Virus record (IMG/VR): IMGVR_UViG_3300018757_000030
Reading direction: 5' to 3' (one strand)
Length of the DNA: 64,000 nt
DNA from: a virus
Shown here: positions 1 to 7,723 of the stretch, in pieces
How the letters are laid out: every line of letters begins with the position of its first letter
Position numbering within the stretch: position 1 is the first letter of the stretch
Translations under genes and position numbers: made by a program
The notes under the pieces: model-generated
Seen by the model: the letters and a program-made list of their open reading frames with translations, nothing else
Told to the model about the DNA's origin: nothing
The model's database searches: none

Positions 1-830
1 AACTCACAGATCATTACGAAATATTCCTCGTTTTCGATCGGGCTGTTAGGATCAACGATATCGGAACAATACTGATACTCAGTGAAGCATGGTTTCGACA
101 TGTCAAAACCGGCTGTTGTAATGATAACGAGTAATGGATTCGGCCTTGCAACCATACCGGATATCAGAACATCGTATATTTCGCTCGTTTCGTGAACGTG
201 GTATTCATCCACGACCCCCAAACTCGGGTTCTTACCGTCACCAGTTTTACGAGCTTCCTTGGACAACGGTTGAATCACGCTGCCGCTGCGCAAATGCCGG
301 ATCCGACCATAAGAGTCGGTAAACTTCCCCTCAAGCATCTCAACGCCGCGTATTTGAGTTAGAATTTCCCCGTATACAATGCTCGATTGCTCTCTGCCCC
401 ATCCAGCAATGTAAACTTCGGACTGTTCCGGTGATAGGAAAGCTTCATAACTGGCGATTAGCGCAAGCAATTGGGACTTCGCATTCTTCCGCGCCAACTG
501 GATGTAAGCCTTTCGGAACCTTCGAAGGCCGTTGTCACGCCGTTTCCACCCAAAGATATTGCCAGTTACAAAGAGTTGGAACGGTGTTAACTCGATTGGT
601 TTCCCGGCCAAGACACCTTTACTGTGCTTGAACATCCGAGCCCATCGGTAGAACCTGTATACTTCATCTATGTCAAAGTAGAACAAGGAATCTTCAGAGT
701 CGCTTTTCTGGATATCCTCAAGGAATCTAGCGCATGCCGACCTATGTTTTCTGCATGCCACTACCCGACCGTCTACTACATCCTCTGAGTATTGGACAAT
801 CGACTCAATCAAGCGTTCGATTTCATTCAT
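1..830 (-). CDS. terL: Terminase large subunit, N-terminal part (cut by window edge)
   Basis: Identical to the 5' part of 42058-43779. Confidence 0.9.
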   Translation of the reverse strand, partial: MNEIERLIESIVQYSEDVVDGRVVACRKHRSACARFLEDIQKSDSEDSLFYFDIDEVYRFYRWARMFKHSKGVLAGKPIELTPFQLFVTGNIFGWKRRDNGLRRFRKAYIQLARKNAKSQLLALIASYEAFLSPEQSEVYIAGWGREQSSIVYGEILTQIRGVEMLEGKFTDSYGRIRHLRSGSVIQPLSKEARKTGDGKNPSLGVVDEYHVHETSEIYDVLISGMVARPNPLLVIITTAGFDMSKPCFTEYQYCSDIVDPNSPIENEEYFVMICE

Positions 831-1333
831 AACACATCACCAAACATCTTCTCTTCTGCGGTTTTCGGCTTTTCCTCTGGCTTCTTAGGAACTACCAAAC
901 GACACCGAGAACTGATGGTTAGTCCAAGATCGGCAGCAGCCTGTCGGCATTGTTTAAATAGCTTGTCCTGACTAATGAGCAGCTCACCATAAGACTCATT
1001 CGGTATCTTTATGGTTTCACCACTTTTTGTTTCTACATCGACCATTACAGGTAACGATCGCAGCGATTTATTCACCCTCACATACTGCTCTCGGGCCAAC
1101 AAAAAACGAGCTAAGGCATCCACATCCAAGTTGGACATGATCTCAATGCGCATTAGCTCGTTTGCGATTTCTTCGAATTCAGTTTGTAGCTTTTTGGGAA
1201 GGTAGCTCGGTGGCTTAACATTGTCATCCTTTGCCTTTACCTCGCTCTCCAGGCGCGTTTTGATCTCTTCTTTGGTCAAATGCTTCTTCCCTTTAATCAA
1301 AAGCAAATTTAAAGGTTCCCTCTGCCCAGCCAT
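827..1333 (-). CDS. terS: Terminase small subunit, P27 family
   Basis: GLTISSRCRL motif, LxxLD...LARF, position directly upstream of terL. Confidence 0.9.
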   Translation of the reverse strand: MAGQREPLNLLLIKGKKHLTKEEIKTRLESEVKAKDDNVKPPSYLPKKLQTEFEEIANELMRIEIMSNLDVDALARFLLAREQYVRVNKSLRSLPVMVDVETKSGETIKIPNESYGELLISQDKLFKQCRQAAADLGLTISSRCRLVVPKKPEEKPKTAEEKMFGDVL

Positions 1334-1378
1334 ACCGGACCCTCCTTTCGAAATTTTTCGTGGGGAACTTTCTTCGCA

Positions 1379-1399
1379 GAAGACGGCGCGCCGGTCTTC
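1379..1399. other. Predicted cosN site
   Basis: GAAGAC-ggcgcgccg-GTCTTC dyad around a 9-bp GC core, between the HNH gene and terS where cos lies in HK97/P27-type phages. Confidence 0.55.
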
Positions 1400-1465
1400 G
1401 GAAGCGTGAATCGAAAATTTTTTTGCCTCCCCCGGTACCCCTCGGCACCTCCCTCGCCCCCTCCT

Positions 1466-1663
1466 TTAGTCCTCGCGGACCTCGGAGCAACGCAGTAGTT
1501 TGTACAGATAGACGTTGTCATACTCATCAACAACCGTATCAAAGTGTGCATTCGCTTCTTCTGGTGTCTTGAAGTATTCCATCTTGGCGTATGGATCCTT
1601 GTCGTTACTCATACTCACTGCATAAGTTGATGGATGCTCACTGATATCCGTTGACTTCTCCAT
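1466..1663 (-). CDS. Hypothetical protein
   Basis: 65-aa ORF abutting the HNH gene, same strand. Confidence 0.6.
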   Translation of the reverse strand: MEKSTDISEHPSTYAVSMSNDKDPYAKMEYFKTPEEANAHFDTVVDEYDNVYLYKLLRCSEVRED

Positions 1664-1665
1664 TA

Positions 1666-2019
1666 CTACTCACCCTTTCCATGTACTTTGTTATGACATG
1701 CATTGCATAGGCTTATCAGGTTGCTTAACACTACTCTTAGTATCCAGTGTGTCTTCAGTGGCTTGATGTGGTGCACCATGTCTGCTGTTGTCACACGATT
1801 ATCTTTTAAACAATGCTGACATAAGCCATGGTCTCTTATCAGTACAGCTTTCCGGGCTCTTTGCCACTCTAAACTGTGGTAAAATTCCGTTGCTTTTTTA
1901 TCTCGTATATGTTGATCATAGTATCGGTTGCTGTCTCTCCTGTGTGTGTCACAGTAACCATCAGATGTTAGCTCTCTACATCCTGGCTTGTTACATGGCC
2001 TTAATGGTTTAGTCGGCAT
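1666..2019 (-). CDS. Packaging-associated HNH endonuclease (HK97 gp74-like)
   Basis: CxxxGC..YCxxH N-terminus, RDHGLCQHC, VHHIKP, NLISLCNACHNKVH; upstream of terS. Confidence 0.9.
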   Translation of the reverse strand: MPTKPLRPCNKPGCRELTSDGYCDTHRRDSNRYYDQHIRDKKATEFYHSLEWQRARKAVLIRDHGLCQHCLKDNRVTTADMVHHIKPLKTHWILRVVLSNLISLCNACHNKVHGKGE

Positions 2020-2305
2020 ATATGTTTAACCTCAGCCGATCATTGTATCGTTTTGCCCACCTAATTGCGTTGGGAATGTCGATGTGAGTTTTGCCGTAAC
2101 ATGTGTGCAGCATTATCTCAGAATCCGATACAAAACCTCGCCACCAAATTTCGCCCAATTTTAGGTACCCATCTTGTTGGAAGTATTCTTGGTCAACATA
2201 TCCCCGGACCTGTTCCTCAAGTTCTCGCCATCCTATCGGCTCTACTCTTTCGCAATACCGATCATAGGCGTGTCGGTCTATCCGTATTTCCCTTTCAATG
2301 GTCAT
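2009..2305 (-). CDS. Hypothetical protein with HAxxRxxER motif
   Basis: SD ggagag upstream; IDRHAYDRYCERV near the N-terminus. Confidence 0.7.
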   Translation of the reverse strand: MTIEREIRIDRHAYDRYCERVEPIGWRELEEQVRGYVDQEYFQQDGYLKLGEIWWRGFVSDSEIMLHTCYGKTHIDIPNAIRWAKRYNDRLRLNIYAD

Positions 2306-2318
2306 TCTCTCCTCTCTC

Positions 2319-2462
2319 CTAAAACTTATTTTTATTCCTTTTGTTGAACTTATATTGGCTTACGATCTGGTATGCAAATGAAACTATCCCCAAAAATAAA
2401 AACACCATCCACGCTATTGATTGGATGGTCTCAGGAAGCACAAACACTATTACTCGTTCCAT
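2319..2462 (-). CDS. Small membrane protein (47 aa, not in ORF track)
   Basis: MERVIVFVLPETIQSIAWMVFLFLGIVSFAYQIVSQYKFNKRNKNKF; one hydrophobic helix plus basic tail; fills the gap between neighbours. Confidence 0.6.
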   Translation of the reverse strand: MERVIVFVLPETIQSIAWMVFLFLGIVSFAYQIVSQYKFNKRNKNKF

Positions 2463-2464
2463 TC

Positions 2465-2707
2465 TCATATCCCTTTCTTTTTAAGTCGTTTTCGCTTTAC
2501 CTTGTACACCAACGCGCCAATCAAATAGTAAATAGTCGCAATAATTAACACCACTGCAACGATAGCAATCCCTCCCCAAAAAGGGGTCGTTACCCACCAC
2601 CAAGACCAGTCAATAACGCCAGTTAGCTTCAGAACCACAAACGCAACACCTAGAAGCCCCAGAACGCCAATACCACCACTATTTGTATTGCTTGTTTGTT
2701 CTCTCAT
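2465..2707 (-). CDS. Small two-helix membrane protein
   Basis: GGIGVLGLLGVAFVVLKLTGVIDWSWWWV..P.W, a common phage membrane-protein pattern; SD aaggaggtg before ATG 2707. Confidence 0.75.
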   Translation of the reverse strand: MREQTSNTNSGGIGVLGLLGVAFVVLKLTGVIDWSWWWVTTPFWGGIAIVAVVLIIATIYYLIGALVYKVKRKRLKKKGI

Positions 2708-2730
2708 GATTACACCTCCTTTCAAGGCAA

Positions 2731-2755
2731 TAAAAAAAGCCGCCTTTCGGCGACT
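2731..2755 (-). terminator. Intrinsic terminator
   Basis: AGTCGCC-GAAA-GGCGGCT followed by T7 on the - strand. Confidence 0.75.
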
Positions 2756-2761
2756 AATTGC

Positions 2762-2974
2762 TTACCATTGTACAATTGAGTTGTCATTTTCATATTCAGG
2801 AGCTGGCTCTATGCTATCAGGTGCATTAGATACTGACATATGCGTAATATTTGAAGTTTTAATATAATCGTTCCCTATCTTGACCCATTCTTCAGTTTGC
2901 AACTTGTGCAAAATCGTCGAATCACAATCAAGGTATAGTTGCTTATCTCCTATAAAATAAATTGATACCTTCAT
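2762..2974 (-). CDS. Hypothetical protein
   Basis: SD aaggaggtg then ATG 2974 (MKVSIYF). Confidence 0.65.
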   Translation of the reverse strand: MKVSIYFIGDKQLYLDCDSTILHKLQTEEWVKIGNDYIKTSNITHMSVSNAPDSIEPAPEYENDNSIVQW

Positions 2975-3029
2975 ACAATTCACCTCCTTGATGTTGTTTT
3001 CCACATCAAGCGGCGATATCCTTTATTCT

Positions 3030-3890
3030 CCGACACTTTCTTACATGGATGAACGCTGTTTAATGGGCACAGCGTCCGAAGCCTTTGCATGCCACCTACT
3101 TATGAGTAAATGGCGATGTGGACAAGGGCCATTCTCCCTTGTATAGTGAGCAGTTGCAGACACTCACCTTGAGCACCTGGATCGAACAGGTCGCTACCCC
3201 TGACCCTAGCGTCTCTCTTCCGCCACCACATCATGCAAGGTCGCAGGTTCACCGCGTCGCGCTCCTAGGCTTCCCTGTCGTTATCGCGCTTCTACTGACC
3301 TTCTATACATCTGCAGGCTGTTAGTTCCTCATTTACACCTCATTTAACCATGAGCCTCGCTATCATGGCACCTGCATCAAAACCGGAAGCCACATTACGG
3401 CACCAGATACCTTTTCTGCTACTTGGCAGATAGGCCACACCGTTCCCTTAATCCTGACAAGCCAACGGTCTAAAACTAAATCAGGATACATGTGTTTTTT
3501 ACTCACTCACATGTAAGCGTCTGGGTGATCTCCAGCAAGCGATGTATGTGATGCGCTCCGGGCGTAACCGGTGTTCACCCCAGCCTTTCTGTTTGGCAGA
3601 GTGTGCCCGGCAGCGCTATTCACCAAAGTTAGCCTCAGGGCAGATCCTTTCCTCCCAGGTGTGGGACTTGTCCTTCGAGAGCTTTCGCAGTCTTGTGACA
3701 TTCCCGTTTTCCTCACCCTGGTCCTCATTCAGAGGCCCGATCTGTTTTATCCCCTCTCGGCTATATGTGAAGTAGCCCGGGCGAGCCCAGTCTACGATCC
3801 ACCAATGTCAGGACACCGAGATCGTGCCGTATAGTTATCTCGATGCCCCTTCACCCGTATTAGGGATCCGCTAGGATCTTTCACCACAAA
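3030..3890 (-). ncRNA. Candidate large structured ncRNA (GOLLD-like ornate RNA or new class)
   Basis: ~860 nt with no SD-led ORF; many nested helices, an H-type pseudoknot, a T-loop hairpin and a tRNA-like 3' domain (see findings). Boundaries approximate. Family assignment is inference. Confidence 0.7.
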
Positions 3891-3917
3891 TAAAAAAGGC
3901 CGGCTATTTGCCGACCT
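3891..3917 (-). terminator. Leader terminator-like hairpin downstream of the late promoter
   Basis: AGGTCGGC-AAATA-GCCGGCCT followed by TTTTT on the - strand. Confidence 0.65.
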
Positions 3918-3972
3918 GATACTAAGGCATTCATGCCTCTATGGTGTCCTTTACTCGATATCCCATGATACA

Positions 3973-4027
3973 ACTATAACACGGTTATTTCCTAATGATC
4001 TGCCAATAGTCTGCCAAGTTCCTGCCA
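3973..4027 (-). promoter_or_regulatory. Activator-dependent late promoter with three TGGCAG direct repeats
   Basis: ctgcca at 4000, 4011, 4022 (11-bp period); extended -10 TG-T-TATAGT at 3981-3973; no consensus -35; immediately 3' of arpU. Confidence 0.7.
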
Positions 4028-4037
4028 CTATTTTATT

Positions 4038-4508
4038 TCATGCCGTTTCCTCACCAATGAAAACTTCCAAGCGCATTGCAAATGCCATTTTGTATAATGC
4101 CCGTGACTTCCTCCGGTAATAACTGCGTTCAGACAATGCCAGCTCGTTGTACACGTTGAAATCAAGCGCATCCTCTTCTAAGTATCTCATGCTGATTATG
4201 TCTCTTTCCATGCGGCTTAGGCCCCTTAGAGCAGCGTTTACACGGTCATAGGCTTGCCTCAGGCGTGCTTCTGTGTCTACGTTGAAAATAGCGACATTCT
4301 CGATCTGGTTGGACGTGGTGTTAGTGGCTCCGTGATAGCGAGGTTCATATGATGGGGTTTGTTGCGTTTCTCTACGGACGAATCCGACTGTTTTATATAT
4401 TCTGGCCCGTTCCAATTCTTGTTCCACTCTGCGGCGAGTCTCTTCACGGTTGATTTCCATTAGCGCCAGTTGGAACACGTCTCTTGCTTCTGCTCTCAAC
4501 GTATTCAC
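4038..4508 (-). CDS. arpU: ArpU-family late transcriptional activator
   Basis: TPSYEPR..G...NQIEN, ERDIISMRYL, LALSERSYYRRKSRALYKMAFAM; end of the early region. Confidence 0.88.
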   Translation of the reverse strand: MNTLRAEARDVFQLALMEINREETRRRVEQELERARIYKTVGFVRRETQQTPSYEPRYHGATNTTSNQIENVAIFNVDTEARLRQAYDRVNAALRGLSRMERDIISMRYLEEDALDFNVYNELALSERSYYRRKSRALYKMAFAMRLEVFIGEETA

Positions 4509-4555
4509 CCCTTATTTGTACTGATTTACACGGTTCTGGTATATATTACCCGTAT

Positions 4556-4564
4556 ATTTTACCA
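4556..4564 (-). promoter_or_regulatory. Possible extended -10 promoter for arpU
   Basis: TG-G-TAAAAT in the AT-rich spacer upstream of arpU; weak -35. Confidence 0.4.
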
Positions 4565-4593
4565 TATCTTTGTACTTATCTACATACTTTACG

Positions 4594-4779
4594 CTATTCG
4601 TCAGTCGTTATACCGGCAATTTGTTCTAGATCGGTATAAAGCAACTTAGTCTTGGCCTCGTTTTTTGTGGTCCACTTCAAGTTTGTCATCCTTCCAGAGA
4701 GTTGATTCGTATGGATTTCTAAACTTTCAGCTTCAAACGTCATTGTCTGTCCTGATTTAAGATATACATTCACTTTCAC
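4594..4779 (-). CDS. Hypothetical protein
   Basis: Co-oriented, tightly packed ORF starting at GTG. Confidence 0.65.
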   Translation of the reverse strand: MKVNVYLKSGQTMTFEAESLEIHTNQLSGRMTNLKWTTKNEAKTKLLYTDLEQIAGITTDE

Positions 4780-4783
4780 GGCA

Positions 4784-4990
4784 TTAGCCCCCTATATAAT
4801 CAAATAAGTCCGTTTGCCCTTCCTTCACACTCTCTGTTGAGTCGCATATCAGACCGTCCTCAAGCCATTTAGCAGGAGCTTCGTATAGATAGTGAGGCCA
4901 TACCCTTTCCCCTGCTCTATGACGCTTAGGATCGATTTCTTCGGCCTTTTGCGTCCATGTCCAGTAGCTTTGTGCTTTCACCTTGCTCAT
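4784..4990 (-). CDS. Hypothetical protein
   Basis: Start overlaps upstream stop; ends in QTDLFDY. Confidence 0.7.
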   Translation of the reverse strand: MSKVKAQSYWTWTQKAEEIDPKRHRAGERVWPHYLYEAPAKWLEDGLICDSTESVKEGQTDLFDYIGG

Positions 4991-5394
4991 TAAGAAAAAT
5001 CACCTTCTATCAGGTCATAAGTCCCGTTTGTACGCTTTGCTCTATATCGGTGCGCGATTAAACCATTTAATCCTTCCTCGCTTTGGTTTTGATTGTGGAA
5101 GTGCTCCCAAGAGTTATATCCGTAAGGTTTTTTCTCAAGTGGTATCTTTCCTTTACGATTTGTTATGATATCTATCATTTCATCTGCCTCGATACGTTTC
5201 CCATATTCATTTTCAATGTGGTATTCATCCGACTCCCAAAGAGCTATCCAATCTTCCAGGCTGTTAATTTTCATTTCTGGAATGATATGCAATGCAAAAT
5301 GCCATCCAGCACTAGATTTGCCAATGTGTAATGGTTCATCTGTCCGACCGCAGCACGGGCATTCTTTACCGTGAAGATAATAATTTGTTCCCAA
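4990..5394 (-). CDS. Hypothetical phage protein
   Basis: MGTNYY..CPCCG..LHIGKSSAGWHF; SD ggaggt. Confidence 0.75.
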   Translation of the reverse strand: MGTNYYLHGKECPCCGRTDEPLHIGKSSAGWHFALHIIPEMKINSLEDWIALWESDEYHIENEYGKRIEADEMIDIITNRKGKIPLEKKPYGYNSWEHFHNQNQSEEGLNGLIAHRYRAKRTNGTYDLIEGDFS

Positions 5395-5407
5395 AAATTA
5401 AACCTCC

Positions 5408-5650
5408 CTAATAACCATTGATGTATTCGGACAACCATTTCTTTAAGTCTATTTCTGCTTTAGTTAATACATATCCATAGTCGCAATGCTGCACATCAAC
5501 AATCAAGTCACCTTCGGTTAAGGTTCTTCTCTTTTCGATAGTGACACGCCAATCAATGATACTTGAATGGTATATTTCCATTCTTAAACCTAATCTCGTT
5601 GCGTGGCGTTCATAAACTTCAAACAGGGCTGTTAAGGTGTTAGGTGTCAC
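5408..5650 (-). CDS. Hypothetical protein, paralog of 5662-5889
   Basis: Shares LGLRMEIYHSSI.DWR.TIEKR.TLTEGDLIVDVQHCDY. Confidence 0.8.
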   Translation of the reverse strand: MTPNTLTALFEVYERHATRLGLRMEIYHSSIIDWRVTIEKRRTLTEGDLIVDVQHCDYGYVLTKAEIDLKKWLSEYINGY

Positions 5651-5661
5651 TGTTATTCCTC

Positions 5662-5889
5662 CTAATAGCCGCCGTTGTTTTCAGACAACCATTCTTTTAG
5701 TTCAACTTCTGCTTTTGCTAAGGCATATTTATAATCACAATGTTGCACATCAACGATTAAATCACCTTCTGTTAAGGTTTTTCGCTTTTCAATCGTTATG
5801 CGCCAATCAACAATGCTGGAGTGGTAAATTTCCATTCTCAAGCCCAATCCTGCGGCGTGCTGATCGTAGGTTTCAAACAGGTCGGTCAT
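5662..5889 (-). CDS. Hypothetical protein, paralog of 5408-5650
   Basis: Same shared core; ATGA coupling to the upstream gene. Confidence 0.8.
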   Translation of the reverse strand: MTDLFETYDQHAAGLGLRMEIYHSSIVDWRITIEKRKTLTEGDLIVDVQHCDYKYALAKAEVELKEWLSENNGGY

Positions 5890-6149
5890 TCTGTTTCCTC
5901 CCCTGGAAGGTTGATGAAGTGTGCGTTCAGTATCTTAGCGTGCAATTTAACCACTTCGTCCGCACTGTCCAATACAGCGTATTCCACTGCTATTTGATCT
6001 CCATCCCACAAGAACGTTTCCCATCCCCATTTTTCAAAATGAGCATTTGCGAACTTTCTGAAGCAGCTTGATATCCGTTTGCTGTCATTGATTCTTGTAT
6101 GGATCGTTGTTCTGTCTGGTTTATTGGATAAATCTATACCGGTGATCAT
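5886..6149 (-). CDS. Hypothetical protein
   Basis: ATGA overlaps on both sides. Confidence 0.7.
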   Translation of the reverse strand: MITGIDLSNKPDRTTIHTRINDSKRISSCFRKFANAHFEKWGWETFLWDGDQIAVEYAVLDSADEVVKLHAKILNAHFINLPGEETE

Positions 6150-6679
6150 GCTTCTTCCTCCTCTAATACTGCCGGTTTGGTTTCCTCCTTTGGGTAAAGG
6201 GAATCAAGAACGTCAGCTAAATACCTTGTCACAACGTCTAGTGCATTACCTGGATCTCCCCAAGCTGCCTTTTCGTTGATTGCTGTTTCAATTGCAACCC
6301 TCATCTTATGCTCATTTTCCTTGGATTCATTAAGCTCGCGCTCCAACCTCTTCTGTGCCCTTTCAAGTGTTTCAATAAGCCATGATGATCGCTTTAGTTC
6401 GTTGTTAAGCTCCTCGATCTTATATTTCCGTTTCATACTTCGTTCCAACAGGTCCTCATTTTCATCGTTGATACGGGATATTTCTTCATTTGAGATTCTA
6501 ATATCAGCATTCAAGCTTTCAGCTAATGACTTGTATTCGTCGCATTCTTCTTTCAATTCTGCGTATTGTTGGAGCCAGTAAATCCCCACATCCAGCACAT
6601 CAGATTTAATGCTCATGATCTGCCAACGTTCTCTTTCGAGCGTTAGGTGTTCCATATCCTTTTGCCAGTCTCTACTCAT
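6146..6679 (-). CDS. Coiled-coil hypothetical protein
   Basis: Heptad-rich E/L/K sequence; coupled start. Confidence 0.7.
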   Translation of the reverse strand: MSRDWQKDMEHLTLERERWQIMSIKSDVLDVGIYWLQQYAELKEECDEYKSLAESLNADIRISNEEISRINDENEDLLERSMKRKYKIEELNNELKRSSWLIETLERAQKRLERELNESKENEHKMRVAIETAINEKAAWGDPGNALDVVTRYLADVLDSLYPKEETKPAVLEEEEA

Positions 6680-6837
6680 TCCACTACCTCCCCCAAAATG
6701 TGCTTCGCAAATTCCTCAGATACTACGACTTTCCTTTCTCCTTTGCACGTAGTACATACACATTGCAGAGGTAAACCATTATCTATTTCAAGTCCCCAAC
6801 CTGATCCTTCGCAATCGTAGCAGTCTATTTCTCTCAT
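6676..6837 (-). CDS. Small DnaJ-like zinc-finger protein (53 aa, not in ORF track)
   Basis: MREIDCYDCEGSG...CTTCKGER: two CxxCxG motifs; ATGA overlaps on both sides. Confidence 0.7.
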   Translation of the reverse strand: MREIDCYDCEGSGWGLEIDNGLPLQCVCTTCKGERKVVVSEEFAKHILGEVVE

Positions 6838-7133
6838 TCAACTACCTCCAAATCCTTGACAGACACATCGAAATTACCTTTGTTTGTTGATATTTCGATT
6901 ACCTGCTCTCCATAACCAACAGCAGTCCCTTCGCCCAAGTCACTGTGTATCACCTTATCTCCCGGCTTAATGGTGGGTACTGGTGGGGTGTCTATGGCAA
7001 GGACACCAGATTCAATTGCTCTTTCCAATGCGTTGAATACGTCTTTTGTGTCGTAATACTCTTTCTCATTCAAAGCGATCCAGTCCAGTAGCTTCTGTGT
7101 ATCTGTTGGCTTTACTTTGTTATTCATATCCAC
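6834..7133 (-). CDS. Hypothetical protein with C-terminal SH3/KOW-like segment
   Basis: IKPGDKVIHSDLGEGTAV. Confidence 0.65.
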   Translation of the reverse strand: MDMNNKVKPTDTQKLLDWIALNEKEYYDTKDVFNALERAIESGVLAIDTPPVPTIKPGDKVIHSDLGEGTAVGYGEQVIEISTNKGNFDVSVKDLEVVE

Positions 7134-7140
7134 CCTCCAT

Positions 7141-7284
7141 TCAATCTACAATGGCAAGCGCATAGAATTCTTTTGTTCTATGGTCTAGGGCCAATTCCAA
7201 TTTCTCGACATGATAGCCTCTATCCTCAAGGTAGTTCTGAATGGCTTCGCTCAATGCTCTTTCGTCAAGTTTGATTTGTTTCAT
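7141..7284 (-). CDS. Small hypothetical protein (47 aa, not in ORF track)
   Basis: MKQIKLDERALSEAIQNYLEDRGYHVEKLELALDHRTKEFYALAIVD; purine-rich SD. Confidence 0.6.
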   Translation of the reverse strand: MKQIKLDERALSEAIQNYLEDRGYHVEKLELALDHRTKEFYALAIVD

Positions 7285-7375
7285 CTTTTCTTCTTCCTCT
7301 CTAAAGGGATAAAGCTTTATACGGCCCCCGGCTTCGCCTGGGATTATTCGGTCGTTGTCGGAGGCCTTCGGCCAA

Positions 7376-7723
7376 TTAATCCTCCATCATCTCTTTTACA
7401 TATTCATACTGCTCCTGTGTGATTTCGATATTTACTGGCTCGTAATGTTCACATACTGCTTCAAAATCCAGGGATATAAAAGGATTAGGCCCAAACTTCT
7501 TAATTAGTGCTTGTTTCCATTCGGCGTGAAACTGTTTGTGTCCCTCGAAATCCTCCATCGTAGGCTTAGCGTGATCGTTGCGAATGATCATGTAAGCGTT
7601 CTGAATGTCCTTTAGTGTTACGTCCCAATTTTCATCTTCAAAGTCACCGACATCTGCGCTTGCTGCCAGATACCTTTCTGGATTAGTCTTATTTCTCAAT
7701 ACCATTACAGGAATCTTATTCAT
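7376..7723 (-). CDS. Hypothetical protein
   Basis: SD aaaggagg. Confidence 0.7.
   Translation of the reverse strand: MNKIPVMVLRNKTNPERYLAASADVGDFEDENWDVTLKDIQNAYMIIRNDHAKPTMEDFEGHKQFHAEWKQALIKKFGPNPFISLDFEAVCEHYEPVNIEITQEQYEYVKEMMED

Noticed and set aside
3111-3232. Canonical tRNA gene
   Set aside because: 122 nt, no standard anticodon arm, and the T-loop hairpin is not adjacent to the acceptor stem; kept only as a tRNA-like domain.
3118-3834. ORFs 3118-3324(+), 3507-3728(-), 3542-3775(+), 3571-3834(+)
   Set aside because: No SD, mutually overlapping, no protein-like pattern; better explained as chance frames in a GC-richer structured RNA.
3030-3890. Group I or group II intron
   Set aside because: No interrupted gene around it, and no recognisable group II domain V or group I P7 core by eye. 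A covariance search would settle it.
1666-3890. HEARO/OMEGA-type RNA-guided nuclease (ncRNA plus HNH)
   Set aside because: The HNH is a 117-aa gp74-like packaging protein with no RuvC or PLMP parts, lies in its usual place before terS, and is separated from the RNA by four genes and a terminator.
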